DNA of 64,000 bases from a virus. Position numbers and translations under genes: made by a program. The notes beneath the pieces are model-generated. The model was not told the origin of the DNA and did no database searches. It saw only the letters and a program-made list of their open reading frames with translations. Shown here in pieces: positions 1 through 8,529 of this stretch. Numbering within the stretch: the stretch's first letter is position 1; every line of letters begins with the position of its first letter. The stretch covers positions 64,001 through 128,000 of IMG/VR virus record IMGVR_UViG_3300030329_006012; one strand, given 5' to 3'.

Positions 1-1
1 G

Positions 2-70
2 GTTGAGCCGACAGACTCTGGCGTGGACATATCGTCCATTCTCAATCCTTCTTGGGGAAAGATGATTTAG
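2..70 (+). CDS. 3' end of a hypothetical phage protein (partial, runs off window start)
   Basis: Open frame VEPTDSGVDISSILNPSWGKMI ending TAG at 68-70, just before the RBS of the next gene. Confidence 0.55.
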   Translation, partial: VEPTDSGVDISSILNPSWGKMI

Positions 71-83
71 AAAGGTATTTATT

Positions 84-305
84 ATGGCAACCAACGTAAC
101 CGTTAAGCAGAGATCAGGAGAGTCATCAGAGAAGCTGATAAAGAGATTTATGAAGCAGGTGAAGAAGTTTAAAATCATCGAACAAGTTCGTGATAGAAGG
201 TATTACAAGAAGAAGTCAGATGTGGAAAGATTGGCCCGACAAAAAGCCCACCGTGACATGCAAAAAAAGAATGCTAAGAAAAAGGCACTGGAGAAGAACG
301 TATGA
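84..305 (+). CDS. rpsU: phage-encoded ribosomal protein bS21-like
   Basis: 73 aa, basic; V-V..GES.E..IKRF.K.V.K..II..VRDRRYY.K.S pattern aligns by eye to bS21 (VRENE.F..ALRRFKR..EK.G...EVRRREFYEKP). Confidence 0.8.
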   Translation: MATNVTVKQRSGESSEKLIKRFMKQVKKFKIIEQVRDRRYYKKKSDVERLARQKAHRDMQKKNAKKKALEKNV

Positions 306-661
306 GCAACTATTATATAAGAAAGCCGGGGATTAATGAAACTTCCCCGTATCAAGTTAGCGGAAAGCCATTTGCCACAGGCTCTTTTGGCACCGACGGA
401 TCCACTGGCACCCCAACGGTGATTGAGTTTCCTACCGTTACGAGATGGATTTATATTGTCAACGCCGGCGCCCGCCCTATTAAATACGCCTTTCATGCGG
501 ACGACTTGGCTAGTGATTATGCTGTAGTAGACACCGGCAAGCAGAGTGAGGTACTAGAAGTTAGGGCTAAAGAAATTCATTTGATTGGCGCAGGAGTTTC
601 TGCCACCACGGATATTTCAATCTGTGCTGGCCTAACGTCCATTGCGACAGGATCACTTTAG
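302..661 (+). CDS. hypothetical beta-rich virion-associated protein (paralog of next gene)
   Basis: 119 aa ORF, ATGA-type overlap with bS21 stop; YQVSG.P and F..VT.WI motifs shared with 670..1086. Confidence 0.7.
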   Translation: MSNYYIRKPGINETSPYQVSGKPFATGSFGTDGSTGTPTVIEFPTVTRWIYIVNAGARPIKYAFHADDLASDYAVVDTGKQSEVLEVRAKEIHLIGAGVSATTDISICAGLTSIATGSL

Positions 662-669
662 GAGTTATT

Positions 670-1086
670 ATGGCAAACTACTACATCTATAAAAGCAGCC
701 TCGGCTCAGTAGCCGCATACCAAGTTAGCGGAACACCGCAACTTAAGACAGATGCTCCACTTGCGATGCCCCTCGTTGGAGATGCTGATGTTACGTCCAT
801 AGACTTCAATTCGGTCACAAACTGGATTCAAATTACAAACAATAGTCTTGCAGATGTTCGAATTGGTTTTTCTGCCAATGGCACGAAACCTGCCACTGCA
901 GTGGCAAACTACTTTATAGTCCCATCTTTTACCCAAACACCAAAACTTCCGCTAAAGGTCAGGCAGATATGGACAACCTCAGATACAACGATATTGGCCA
1001 AAACAATTTCTGTTGTTGCTTCGTTAACTTCCATATCTTCTGGATCGATAGAGAGCAATTGGTCGGGATCTGTAGGCGTTGGCTAA
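670..1086 (+). CDS. hypothetical beta-rich virion-associated protein (paralog of previous gene)
   Basis: 138 aa ORF with AGGAG RBS; YQVSGTP, FNSVTNWI, ASLTSI motifs match 302..661. Confidence 0.75.
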   Translation: MANYYIYKSSLGSVAAYQVSGTPQLKTDAPLAMPLVGDADVTSIDFNSVTNWIQITNNSLADVRIGFSANGTKPATAVANYFIVPSFTQTPKLPLKVRQIWTTSDTTILAKTISVVASLTSISSGSIESNWSGSVGVG

Positions 1087-1224
1087 TTCTTTTGGATCTG
1101 TGAAAAATTTTCATTCTTCAAAGAAACTGGCCCCCGTAAATTAAATAAACCTTAGAATAACCCTTTTTTTTCGCATACTTAGGTTCGTGAGCGAACAAGT
1201 TTGCTTACAATGGAGGGTTAATTT

Positions 1225-1629
1225 ATGACTACGAAGAAAAAAGGCATTGCTGTCATAGCTGACAGCGGCGACGTCGCATTCAAATTCCTCGATGATGGTA
1301 CAAGTATTATAGGTAAAGATGAAAACAGTGTTCATTCTTTTACCGGGACTGTCAATGTAGAAGGCAAGATGGACATCAAAGGATCTCTATCTATGTCTGA
1401 GCGCATTGGCGGCTATAAATTTGGCCTACCATCCTTGAACGAAGACGGCACTGATGATTCAGTTGCACTTGAAGAATTACGTACTAACGAAAATGGAAAG
1501 TACAACGGTTTTATGTTTTATCTAAATGCTTCGTCGTCAGCCCCATTTGATCAGGAAAAGAAGATTTACTTTTGTGAGAACGGTGTTTGGTTTCCAAGCC
1601 CCTTTGTTGCTTTTAATAGTGAAGAATAA
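1225..1629 (+). CDS. small virion accessory protein made of the two shared fibre modules
   Basis: 134 aa, GGAGG RBS; N-terminal KGI...FKF..DG.S.IG and C-terminal YFCENGVW.PSPF modules. Confidence 0.75.
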   Translation: MTTKKKGIAVIADSGDVAFKFLDDGTSIIGKDENSVHSFTGTVNVEGKMDIKGSLSMSERIGGYKFGLPSLNEDGTDDSVALEELRTNENGKYNGFMFYLNASSSAPFDQEKKIYFCENGVWFPSPFVAFNSEE

Positions 1630-1816
1630 TTTTCTGATTTTTGAAAATTAGGTGTTGGGTTTCGTGGCGTAGGGGAGGTACTTGTGGGTACCCACGCCCG
1701 GAGAGGCAGGAGAGTTGATGAGGTGAAAAAAAATTTAAATATATATTTGAAACATCAATTGGCCAATCCCGTACCGTGCCGACTAATTAAATACACGAAT
1801 TCAGGAGGACCATATC

Positions 1817-4800
1817 ATGGCCATTAAAAAAGTAAAAGGAATAAAAGTATCCAAGTCCCTGTCGGACAAGTTTAAGTTTGACAAAGAGGGAGAATCTCAA
1901 ATAGGCTCCGGCGGCGAAGACGTGCATGTCATTGTCGGAGAGTCGGACATTGGTAATGATATGTCTCTAACCGGACAGGCCCATTTTGAAAAAAGAATAG
2001 CAGAAACACTCTTTGGAGTCCCGCAGCTCAACGGCGCCACACAAACCGCCGAATTACAAGATCTGATAGACAATGCTGCCGACCACGAGGGTTTTATTAT
2101 TTATTTAACGGCCCCATCGACGACTGCCCCTTTTACCCAGGGAGAGAAGTTTTATTTTTGCGAAAATGGTGTTTGGCACCAAAGCCCGTTCACTTCTAGT
2201 GATTCTGATGAGCCAGATCCCGACGACACCGACGGCGACGGAATAGATGATGTTGAAGATCCGCAGGTTACAGAAACGGTATCCACCACAGGAGCCACTG
2301 TTCAGGCCAGCGCCGCCGCACTGGAAATCCCCCCAAATGCATTGCCCGCCGCAGTGGACATATCAGTTGAAGTTGTTGATCCGGCCACAGTCTCAGACGC
2401 CGTTCTTGATGAGAAAACATTAACATCAGACGTGATCACCTTAACTCCTCACGGACAACAGTTCGCTGAACCAGTGAAGGTCACGATTAATGTTTCTAAA
2501 TTCATATGGAACCCAGACATTTATATACAAAGCTCGCCCGGTGCCACTTGGGAGCTTCACGAAACCCCAGTAGATGTGGACGGGAACAAGGTTTCTTTTG
2601 AGGTAACTTCATTCAGCTCTTATGCTGTTGTGGAGCCACCCCCCTCTCAGTACATTGTACTTGTTTACGAGGGCGACGGGAACTATTCTTTCAGGGCCAA
2701 TTTCGGCGAGGCCATCGGCGGCTTTCAATTCACGTTCGACGCCGGCTCTGCAGGAACCATTACACCTACCGCCGGCGCCCAAGTCGCCGAAGCAGGATGG
2801 TACTTTACCGCAAGCCCATCCTCAAAGACGGTATTGGCGTTCCCGTTTGACGGCAGGGAAATCGGGGCTGGTGAAGTCGAGCTCATTAGGTTCCATGCCT
2901 CGTCTAATTACTTGCCAACACCTCACTCCAATCTTCTTGAACCAATAGTACTCTCAAGGATCGACGGCACTCGAATTGATATGTCCGGTTTTGATTTTGA
3001 CGTTACACAATTGGACAATGCAGGTAGTTTCTCCGGAGTGGGAGATGCTGACGGCGACGGCGCGAATGATAATGTTGACGCATTCCCGAATGATCCATCT
3101 GAAACCCAAGACACCGACGGCGACGGAGTAGGCGATAATGCAGACGACCTCCCCAATGATCCCAGTGAGACTGTAGATAGCGATGGCGATGGTGTTGGAG
3201 ACAATTCAGATTGGAAACCAAACGATCCCGCTGAATCTGCTGACACCGACGGTGACGGAGTTGGTGACAATGCCGACGCCTTCCCAAATGATGCATCTGA
3301 AACAGTAGATTCCGACAATGACGGAGTTGGAGACAATTCAGATTGGAAACCAAACGATCCCGCTGAATCTGCTGATAGTGATGGTGACGGAGTTGGAGAC
3401 AACGCCGACGCTTTCCCGAATGATGCTTTGGAGACTGTTGACACCGATGGCGATGGCACAGGCGACAATGCCGATGTCTTCCCCAACGATGCCACCGAAG
3501 ACACCGACACCGATGGCGATGGAGTTGGCGATAATCTCGACTACGCTCCAAGCGATCCGGCAATCACAATACCCCCACAGCCCCCAGCCGGCTCAACGTT
3601 CGTTCTTAGAGTCTACACAGATGATGAAGTCCACGTTCCGGGCTCCACATCCTGGGATCGGTGGGGAGGACAACTTGTTGTTGACGGAACTGATTACAGC
3701 GACCTTCTTTCTACAGAAAGTGAGGAAACCATAACACTACCATATGATGCTAATCAGGTTGGGTATAGCACTGTTGATATCAATGACATAGGCGGCGACG
3801 GGGGGATAAAAGTAGAATTTCTTCACCCCGTATATGGCTGGCAATTCCCCGTTTACAGCATGGGCTCCATGAACCAGTCCGGCTGGCCAAATGGTGCTCC
3901 CGCCGGGGCACAAAACTTTTCTGATCCAGCACACTGGGAGGGCCCCCTGCCTGTCACGTTTCAATACTTAAGCACAGACGCAACGGACTTCGTGGTCAGG
4001 GATCAGCAGAATAACGTAATGGTCTCTACCGATGATCTCGGATCTGTTCCGGCCCCCCCGATGGTATTCTTTGATAATGCCGATCTAGTTGTAAACGAGA
4101 CTCACCCCCATAACTCCAATCAGGAGGCGTATGCCGGCTGGCGCCTGATGACAGCACTGGCAGGCGATGTTTTGTCCATTGATACATCAAAGTTCACTAT
4201 TGAAGATCTAGATGATCTTCCCGCTAACACTACTGTTAAATTCTACTGGCGGATGAGAGAGGACAACGAGTCAGGAGGCAAAGATGATAAATACATTACA
4301 CCCGATGGCGACACTTCGTGGGGTCGGAATTCCGGTACCGCTACGAACACCATTACAATTCCCCAAGAATTTGCAGCGGCGAGTTGGTATGAGAAGCCGG
4401 CGAGCTCCTTTATTTATCTGGAGATGGATTTGGAAGACGCGGATGGAAATATAAAACAGATCAAAAACAACTCCGTCGGTGACACTGTGATCTACGCTTT
4501 AAATGAGAACGAAGTTGAAATGTGGAGCCGCTTAAATGACGGCCTTACAGTAGATACTCCTGTTGATTCAAGCCACATATCCCTCAGTCGTGAAAAGAAG
4601 TATGATAGCGAAGGTAGACTGTTTGTTGTGGAAGGAGACACTGTAACATTCACTCCACCAGAGCCAGTTGCCACAGTCAAGGATCCTTACGGAAACGATA
4701 TTTCAGGGCCCTTTGAAGCACAGTGGAGATCACGCGCCATCGTCGACAATGAATATGTTTATCATCTTTCTTCTGCACCTTGGATTGCCAATTTTTATTC

Positions 4801-5755
4801 CGCCTCTGACAAGCCGTCGTTCTCCATACCGGAGCTCCCAAGCCCTTCTTCTTGGTATGAGTTCTTCTATATTCAACAAAAATGGTCGAATGGAGATCAT
4901 CTTTTCCCCACCTATGGCGCCGCGTACTCACAAATACTGCGGCAGACAAAGAATGAAATGGACTATATGTGGCTCACCGAGCCGTTAGCAAGCTTCGATG
5001 CCCTGTGGGAAACAACAGAACCATCTTGGTTCGACGATGAAGATAGCCTTACCAACTCGGCCAGCATGCACCTGCGCCAACTTTATGATCTGTATTACGT
5101 CGCTGCAGCCAACAATGGCTCACTCGACGTCAGCCATTACGATGTGCACTTTGAACACCGCATCGGAGACTTGAATTCTCAAATTGCTGTAGTAGATAAA
5201 TACTTTCCTGATACCTCGACAAGTGAGCATCACGAGAAATATCAGGAACTCGTGGCATGGGCATCGACATATGAAAATCCCCTCACCCCCATGATGGAAG
5301 TTCTTCACGATGCATCAATTATAAAAGAGGAGCTCGTCGCCGACTACACCATCCACGCCCTCAGAGACTACGGAATGTATTTCCCAGAAAACATCTATGG
5401 TCTGTGGCAACACGCTTTAGACGCTGAACCGAGCGATCAAGGCACTTGGCGCTGGTGGGCCCACAACGATGACGGCACAGACCCCACAAGGTTGAATGTT
5501 GATTTTTCTTCTGTGCTGTCTGAATATCCGAACCCTGCAGACTGGGCAACAGCACAACTTAACGCACTCAGCGAGATGAGAGAAGACATATCGAACGAGT
5601 TTGGTGGTTATGATGAGGCTGCCTTCGAGTCGGCAGATTATGGAGACTACTACTGCTACTCCGGGTGGAGTAACTATGAGCAAAAAAAACCTATCTCTTA
5701 CAATTCAGTCATTGATTTTCTCACTGAAGTGAGTGAGCTAACACCACCTGAGTAA
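1817..5755 (+). CDS. large mosaic virion surface/fibre protein (ZU5-like, cohesin-like, thrombospondin type-3 Ca-binding repeats)
   Basis: 1312 aa, AGGAGG RBS; LEIPPNAL...SDVITLTPHGQQFAEPVKVTI (ZU5-like), GEAIGGFQFTF (cohesin-like), DxDGDGVGDNxDxFPND repeats. Confidence 0.75.
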   Translation: MAIKKVKGIKVSKSLSDKFKFDKEGESQIGSGGEDVHVIVGESDIGNDMSLTGQAHFEKRIAETLFGVPQLNGATQTAELQDLIDNAADHEGFIIYLTAPSTTAPFTQGEKFYFCENGVWHQSPFTSSDSDEPDPDDTDGDGIDDVEDPQVTETVSTTGATVQASAAALEIPPNALPAAVDISVEVVDPATVSDAVLDEKTLTSDVITLTPHGQQFAEPVKVTINVSKFIWNPDIYIQSSPGATWELHETPVDVDGNKVSFEVTSFSSYAVVEPPPSQYIVLVYEGDGNYSFRANFGEAIGGFQFTFDAGSAGTITPTAGAQVAEAGWYFTASPSSKTVLAFPFDGREIGAGEVELIRFHASSNYLPTPHSNLLEPIVLSRIDGTRIDMSGFDFDVTQLDNAGSFSGVGDADGDGANDNVDAFPNDPSETQDTDGDGVGDNADDLPNDPSETVDSDGDGVGDNSDWKPNDPAESADTDGDGVGDNADAFPNDASETVDSDNDGVGDNSDWKPNDPAESADSDGDGVGDNADAFPNDALETVDTDGDGTGDNADVFPNDATEDTDTDGDGVGDNLDYAPSDPAITIPPQPPAGSTFVLRVYTDDEVHVPGSTSWDRWGGQLVVDGTDYSDLLSTESEETITLPYDANQVGYSTVDINDIGGDGGIKVEFLHPVYGWQFPVYSMGSMNQSGWPNGAPAGAQNFSDPAHWEGPLPVTFQYLSTDATDFVVRDQQNNVMVSTDDLGSVPAPPMVFFDNADLVVNETHPHNSNQEAYAGWRLMTALAGDVLSIDTSKFTIEDLDDLPANTTVKFYWRMREDNESGGKDDKYITPDGDTSWGRNSGTATNTITIPQEFAAASWYEKPASSFIYLEMDLEDADGNIKQIKNNSVGDTVIYALNENEVEMWSRLNDGLTVDTPVDSSHISLSREKKYDSEGRLFVVEGDTVTFTPPEPVATVKDPYGNDISGPFEAQWRSRAIVDNEYVYHLSSAPWIANFYSASDKPSFSIPELPSPSSWYEFFYIQQKWSNGDHLFPTYGAAYSQILRQTKNEMDYMWLTEPLASFDALWETTEPSWFDDEDSLTNSASMHLRQLYDLYYVAAANNGSLDVSHYDVHFEHRIGDLNSQIAVVDKYFPDTSTSEHHEKYQELVAWASTYENPLTPMMEVLHDASIIKEELVADYTIHALRDYGMYFPENIYGLWQHALDAEPSDQGTWRWWAHNDDGTDPTRLNVDFSSVLSEYPNPADWATAQLNALSEMREDISNEFGGYDEAAFESADYGDYYCYSGWSNYEQKKPISYNSVIDFLTEVSELTPPE
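3040..3560 (+). repeat. coding tandem repeat, ~66-bp unit (22-aa TSP3-like Ca-binding repeat), about 8 copies
   Basis: DTDGDGVGDNADAFPND-type units; near-identical 132-bp period (ggagacaattcagattggaaaccaaacgatcccgctgaatctgctga at 3197 and 3329). Confidence 0.9.
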
Positions 5756-5767
5756 AGGTTTGCCTAC

Positions 5768-5787
5768 GGCGCCCCTTGAGGGGCGCC
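5768..5787. terminator. perfect GC hairpin after the 1312-aa gene (possible terminator or RNA stabiliser)
   Basis: GGCGCCCC-TTGA-GGGGCGCC; no U-tract on + strand. Confidence 0.4.
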
Positions 5788-6028
5788 AACAATCCGCCTA
5801 AGCGCCAAAATGCGGCCGCCTTTGCTAATTCTTTTGAGATCTAATTTATTATCGCCCCTTAAAAATCGGGAACAAAACAAATAAAATTAGATCAGATTTA
5901 CCCAACATTTACAGCTACTTACTGGCACGAGAGTGTGCCATTTTTTATAATGCATACTCTCTACTTGTACTCCGTAGGCGGAGTGCAGGTGTTAACTTAA
6001 AATTTAATTCCTTGGAGGGAAAAATATT

Positions 6029-8479
6029 ATGCCAGATAATAATAATAAAGTGAAGGGTTTGGCCGTTTTTAGCGGCACAAGCACCGTACACAAATTTACA
6101 GAAGACGGCAAAGCTAACCTTAATGATCTACTTGTTGTAGGTGAAGGTGAAACTAAGGACGTCGTTGAACTTAAAGGTCGTGTCTTTTTGAACGATCTTG
6201 ATAAAGATAAGCCACTGCACGAAGCCATTAACAAGATGGTCAGTGACGAGCAGAAAACACGTGGCGAAGAAGTTGCGAGATTAGACGCAGAAGATTCTCT
6301 GATCAAAGCCGAACTCGCAGGTGAAGCTAAAGCAATCCGACAAGAGCTCGCAGGTGAAGCTAAAGCAATCCGTGGAGAACTCGAAGGTGAAGCTAACGCA
6401 ATCCGTGGAGAACTCGCAGGTGAAGCTAAAGCAATCCGTGGAGAACTCGCAGGTGAAGCTAAAGCAATCCGCGAAGAACTGAAAGACGCTCGCGGCGAAC
6501 TCGGTGGCGAAGTTGCCGATGTTAGACGTGATCTCGTTGGCGAAATGGACTCAATGAAAAACGATATCGGTGGGGACATTGATCACGTCAAAGGTGAGTT
6601 GGAAACAAAGATCGACAATACCAAAAGTTCGTTGCAAACTAAAATTGATGAAAACAAAGATGCAGCCGCAAACGCTCGCTCTTTGTTGGCTCAAGACATT
6701 GCTGATAACACCGCCGCAATTGATTTTGTTAAAGATAATGCAAATCCAGACGCTATCGATTCCTTAACTGAAATCATTAAAGCGTATTCAGATGCTGACG
6801 GTGAATTGACCAATGCATTTGTTGCTTTGCTCGGTGAAGAGAAGAAAGCACGTGGCGAAGATTACATACGCCTGAAAGACAACCTTGCCAAAGAAGCCAG
6901 CATGCGCCAAGCCGACGTTCAGTACTTGGTGGGTGAAGATAACTTCTTTTTCCAAATGGGCATGGATGCTCTCAGCCAGGTTGATAAAAAGGTCGATGCC
7001 AACAACCAAATCATTGGCCAAAATGCCGTGAGTATCATCCAACAAAGCCAAAACTTTGATGGTTACGTGGTGGTTAACGACGCCAAGGTTGATGCGAATG
7101 CGACCGACATAGCCAGCCTCCAGCAATTCGCTGGTGCCGCAGTCGCGGATATCAATAATCAACAAGTGATTCAAGATAACGCCATCGCCGCTAACACCAC
7201 GTCGATTGGTCAAAATGCTCAAGATATTGCAAACAACACCGACAAAATCACTCTTGATGTTCAAACATTGGAAAATACCATCAACACCTCTTTTGGTGAA
7301 TTCAAAGATGAGATGAGTGCTGAACATGGTAAAATTCGCGATGATGTGAATGCTGAATTCGTCCGAGCGAGAGGTGAAGAAGACGCCATTCGCGCCGAAC
7401 TCGCAGGTGAAGCTAAAGCAATCCGTGGAGAACTCGCAGGTGAAGCTAACGCAATCCGCGATGAACTCAAAGGTGAAGCTAGTGCAATCCGCGAAGAACT
7501 CGCAGGTGAAGCTGATGCAATCCGTGGAGAGCTCGCAGGTGAATCTGCTTTTCTCCTTATGAGGCTCGAAGGTGAAGTAATGTCAGTCCGCGATGAACTC
7601 GCAGGTGAAACAGCATTGATTCACAGTCGCATGGGAGATCATCAGGCAACTGGTCATCCGACCCTCGCTGATGCTATCGTTGCTAATAAGAGCGCAATTG
7701 ATTTTGTTAAAGATAATGCAGATAAAGACGCTATCGATTCCTTAACTGAAATCATCAAGGCGTATTCGGATGCTGACGGTGAATTGAACAATGCATTTGT
7801 TGCTTTGCTCGGTGAAGAGACGAAAGCACGTGAAAAGGATGTCAAAAACCTGAAATCTGCACTCGAAGGTGAAACTAGAGCAATCCGCGAACAACTCGCA
7901 GGTGAAGCTAAAGCAATCCGTGGAGAACTCGCAGGTGAAGCTAAAGCAATCCGTGGAGAACTCAAAGGTGAAATCAACAACCTACAGGGTGAATTAAGCA
8001 GTGATCTTGGCGAGTTCAAAACAAAGACTGGTGAAGATCTCACATCTTTGATGAACTATTCAGACGGCCGCGATAATACTATCACGGATCATGTTAACAA
8101 CCTTACAGAAAAGACCTTTGATGGAAACAACATGAGTCTTTCTGGTTTTGCTCAATTGAATTCGGTTGAAGCAGCTTCAGTAGCTGTTACTTCTGCTTTT
8201 AGAATTCCACACATCACCACTGTTCAACAGTTGACTGATATGCAGGATACCTACACAAAAGCAAACGGTATGATGTTCTATTTGGACATGGCTGATGATG
8301 CTGGTCGTACTGGCTTCGAAGAAGGGTATAAATTATACTTCTGCGAAGGCAACGAGTGGTATCCTTCCCCGTTCCACAGTGAACCACAAAGTGAAGACTC
8401 TGAACGAACTGGCTCTACTTGGGGAGAAATCCTCACTGCTGCCGGCGAAGAACTGGAGTCCTTTGACCCTTTAGCGTAG
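6029..8479 (+). CDS. long coiled-coil fibre/stalk protein with 11-residue repeats
   Basis: 816 aa, GGAGG RBS; ELAGEAKAIRG repeats, duplicated DAIDSLTEIIKAYSDADGEL segment, C-terminal YFCEGNEWYPSPF module. Confidence 0.85.
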   Translation: MPDNNNKVKGLAVFSGTSTVHKFTEDGKANLNDLLVVGEGETKDVVELKGRVFLNDLDKDKPLHEAINKMVSDEQKTRGEEVARLDAEDSLIKAELAGEAKAIRQELAGEAKAIRGELEGEANAIRGELAGEAKAIRGELAGEAKAIREELKDARGELGGEVADVRRDLVGEMDSMKNDIGGDIDHVKGELETKIDNTKSSLQTKIDENKDAAANARSLLAQDIADNTAAIDFVKDNANPDAIDSLTEIIKAYSDADGELTNAFVALLGEEKKARGEDYIRLKDNLAKEASMRQADVQYLVGEDNFFFQMGMDALSQVDKKVDANNQIIGQNAVSIIQQSQNFDGYVVVNDAKVDANATDIASLQQFAGAAVADINNQQVIQDNAIAANTTSIGQNAQDIANNTDKITLDVQTLENTINTSFGEFKDEMSAEHGKIRDDVNAEFVRARGEEDAIRAELAGEAKAIRGELAGEANAIRDELKGEASAIREELAGEADAIRGELAGESAFLLMRLEGEVMSVRDELAGETALIHSRMGDHQATGHPTLADAIVANKSAIDFVKDNADKDAIDSLTEIIKAYSDADGELNNAFVALLGEETKAREKDVKNLKSALEGETRAIREQLAGEAKAIRGELAGEAKAIRGELKGEINNLQGELSSDLGEFKTKTGEDLTSLMNYSDGRDNTITDHVNNLTEKTFDGNNMSLSGFAQLNSVEAASVAVTSAFRIPHITTVQQLTDMQDTYTKANGMMFYLDMADDAGRTGFEEGYKLYFCEGNEWYPSPFHSEPQSEDSERTGSTWGEILTAAGEELESFDPLA
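6310..7975 (+). repeat. 33-bp coding repeat (gaactcgcaggtgaagctaaagcaatccgtgga) in three clusters plus a ~140-bp direct repeat
   Basis: Clusters near 6310-6485, 7395-7620, 7860-7975; near-identical segments at ~6715-6850 and ~7695-7830. Confidence 0.9.
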
Positions 8480-8529
8480 AGGGATCTAGTGGAAGTAAGC
8501 CTGATTTTTCAGGCAACTTCCCTGATCCC
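8467..8529 (+). promoter_or_regulatory. candidate -1 programmed ribosomal frameshift signal
   Basis: In-frame heptamer C CCT TTA (8467-8473), 7-nt spacer, hairpin GGGATC-T-AG-T-GGAAGT-AA-GCCTGA-TTTT-TCAGGC-A-ACTTCC-CT-GATCCC (8481-8529). Confidence 0.8.

Noticed and set aside
1666-1698. GC-rich imperfect hairpin between the 134-aa and 1312-aa genes as an ncRNA or riboswitch
   Set aside because: Stem is interrupted (GGCGT/ACGCC and GGTAC/GTACC only) and matches no RNA family I recognise
3040-3560. 66/132-bp repeats as a CRISPR array or DGR template/variable pair
   Set aside because: They encode TSP3-like repeats; differences are mostly synonymous, not adenine-specific, and no reverse transcriptase is present in the window
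5682-5689. A8 run near the end of the 1312-aa gene as a frameshift site
   Set aside because: The -1 frame closes within about ten codons and there is no downstream ORF to reach
6310-7975. 33-bp near-identical repeats as a CRISPR array
   Set aside because: Repeats are head-to-tail with no unique spacers and stay in frame as an 11-aa coding unit
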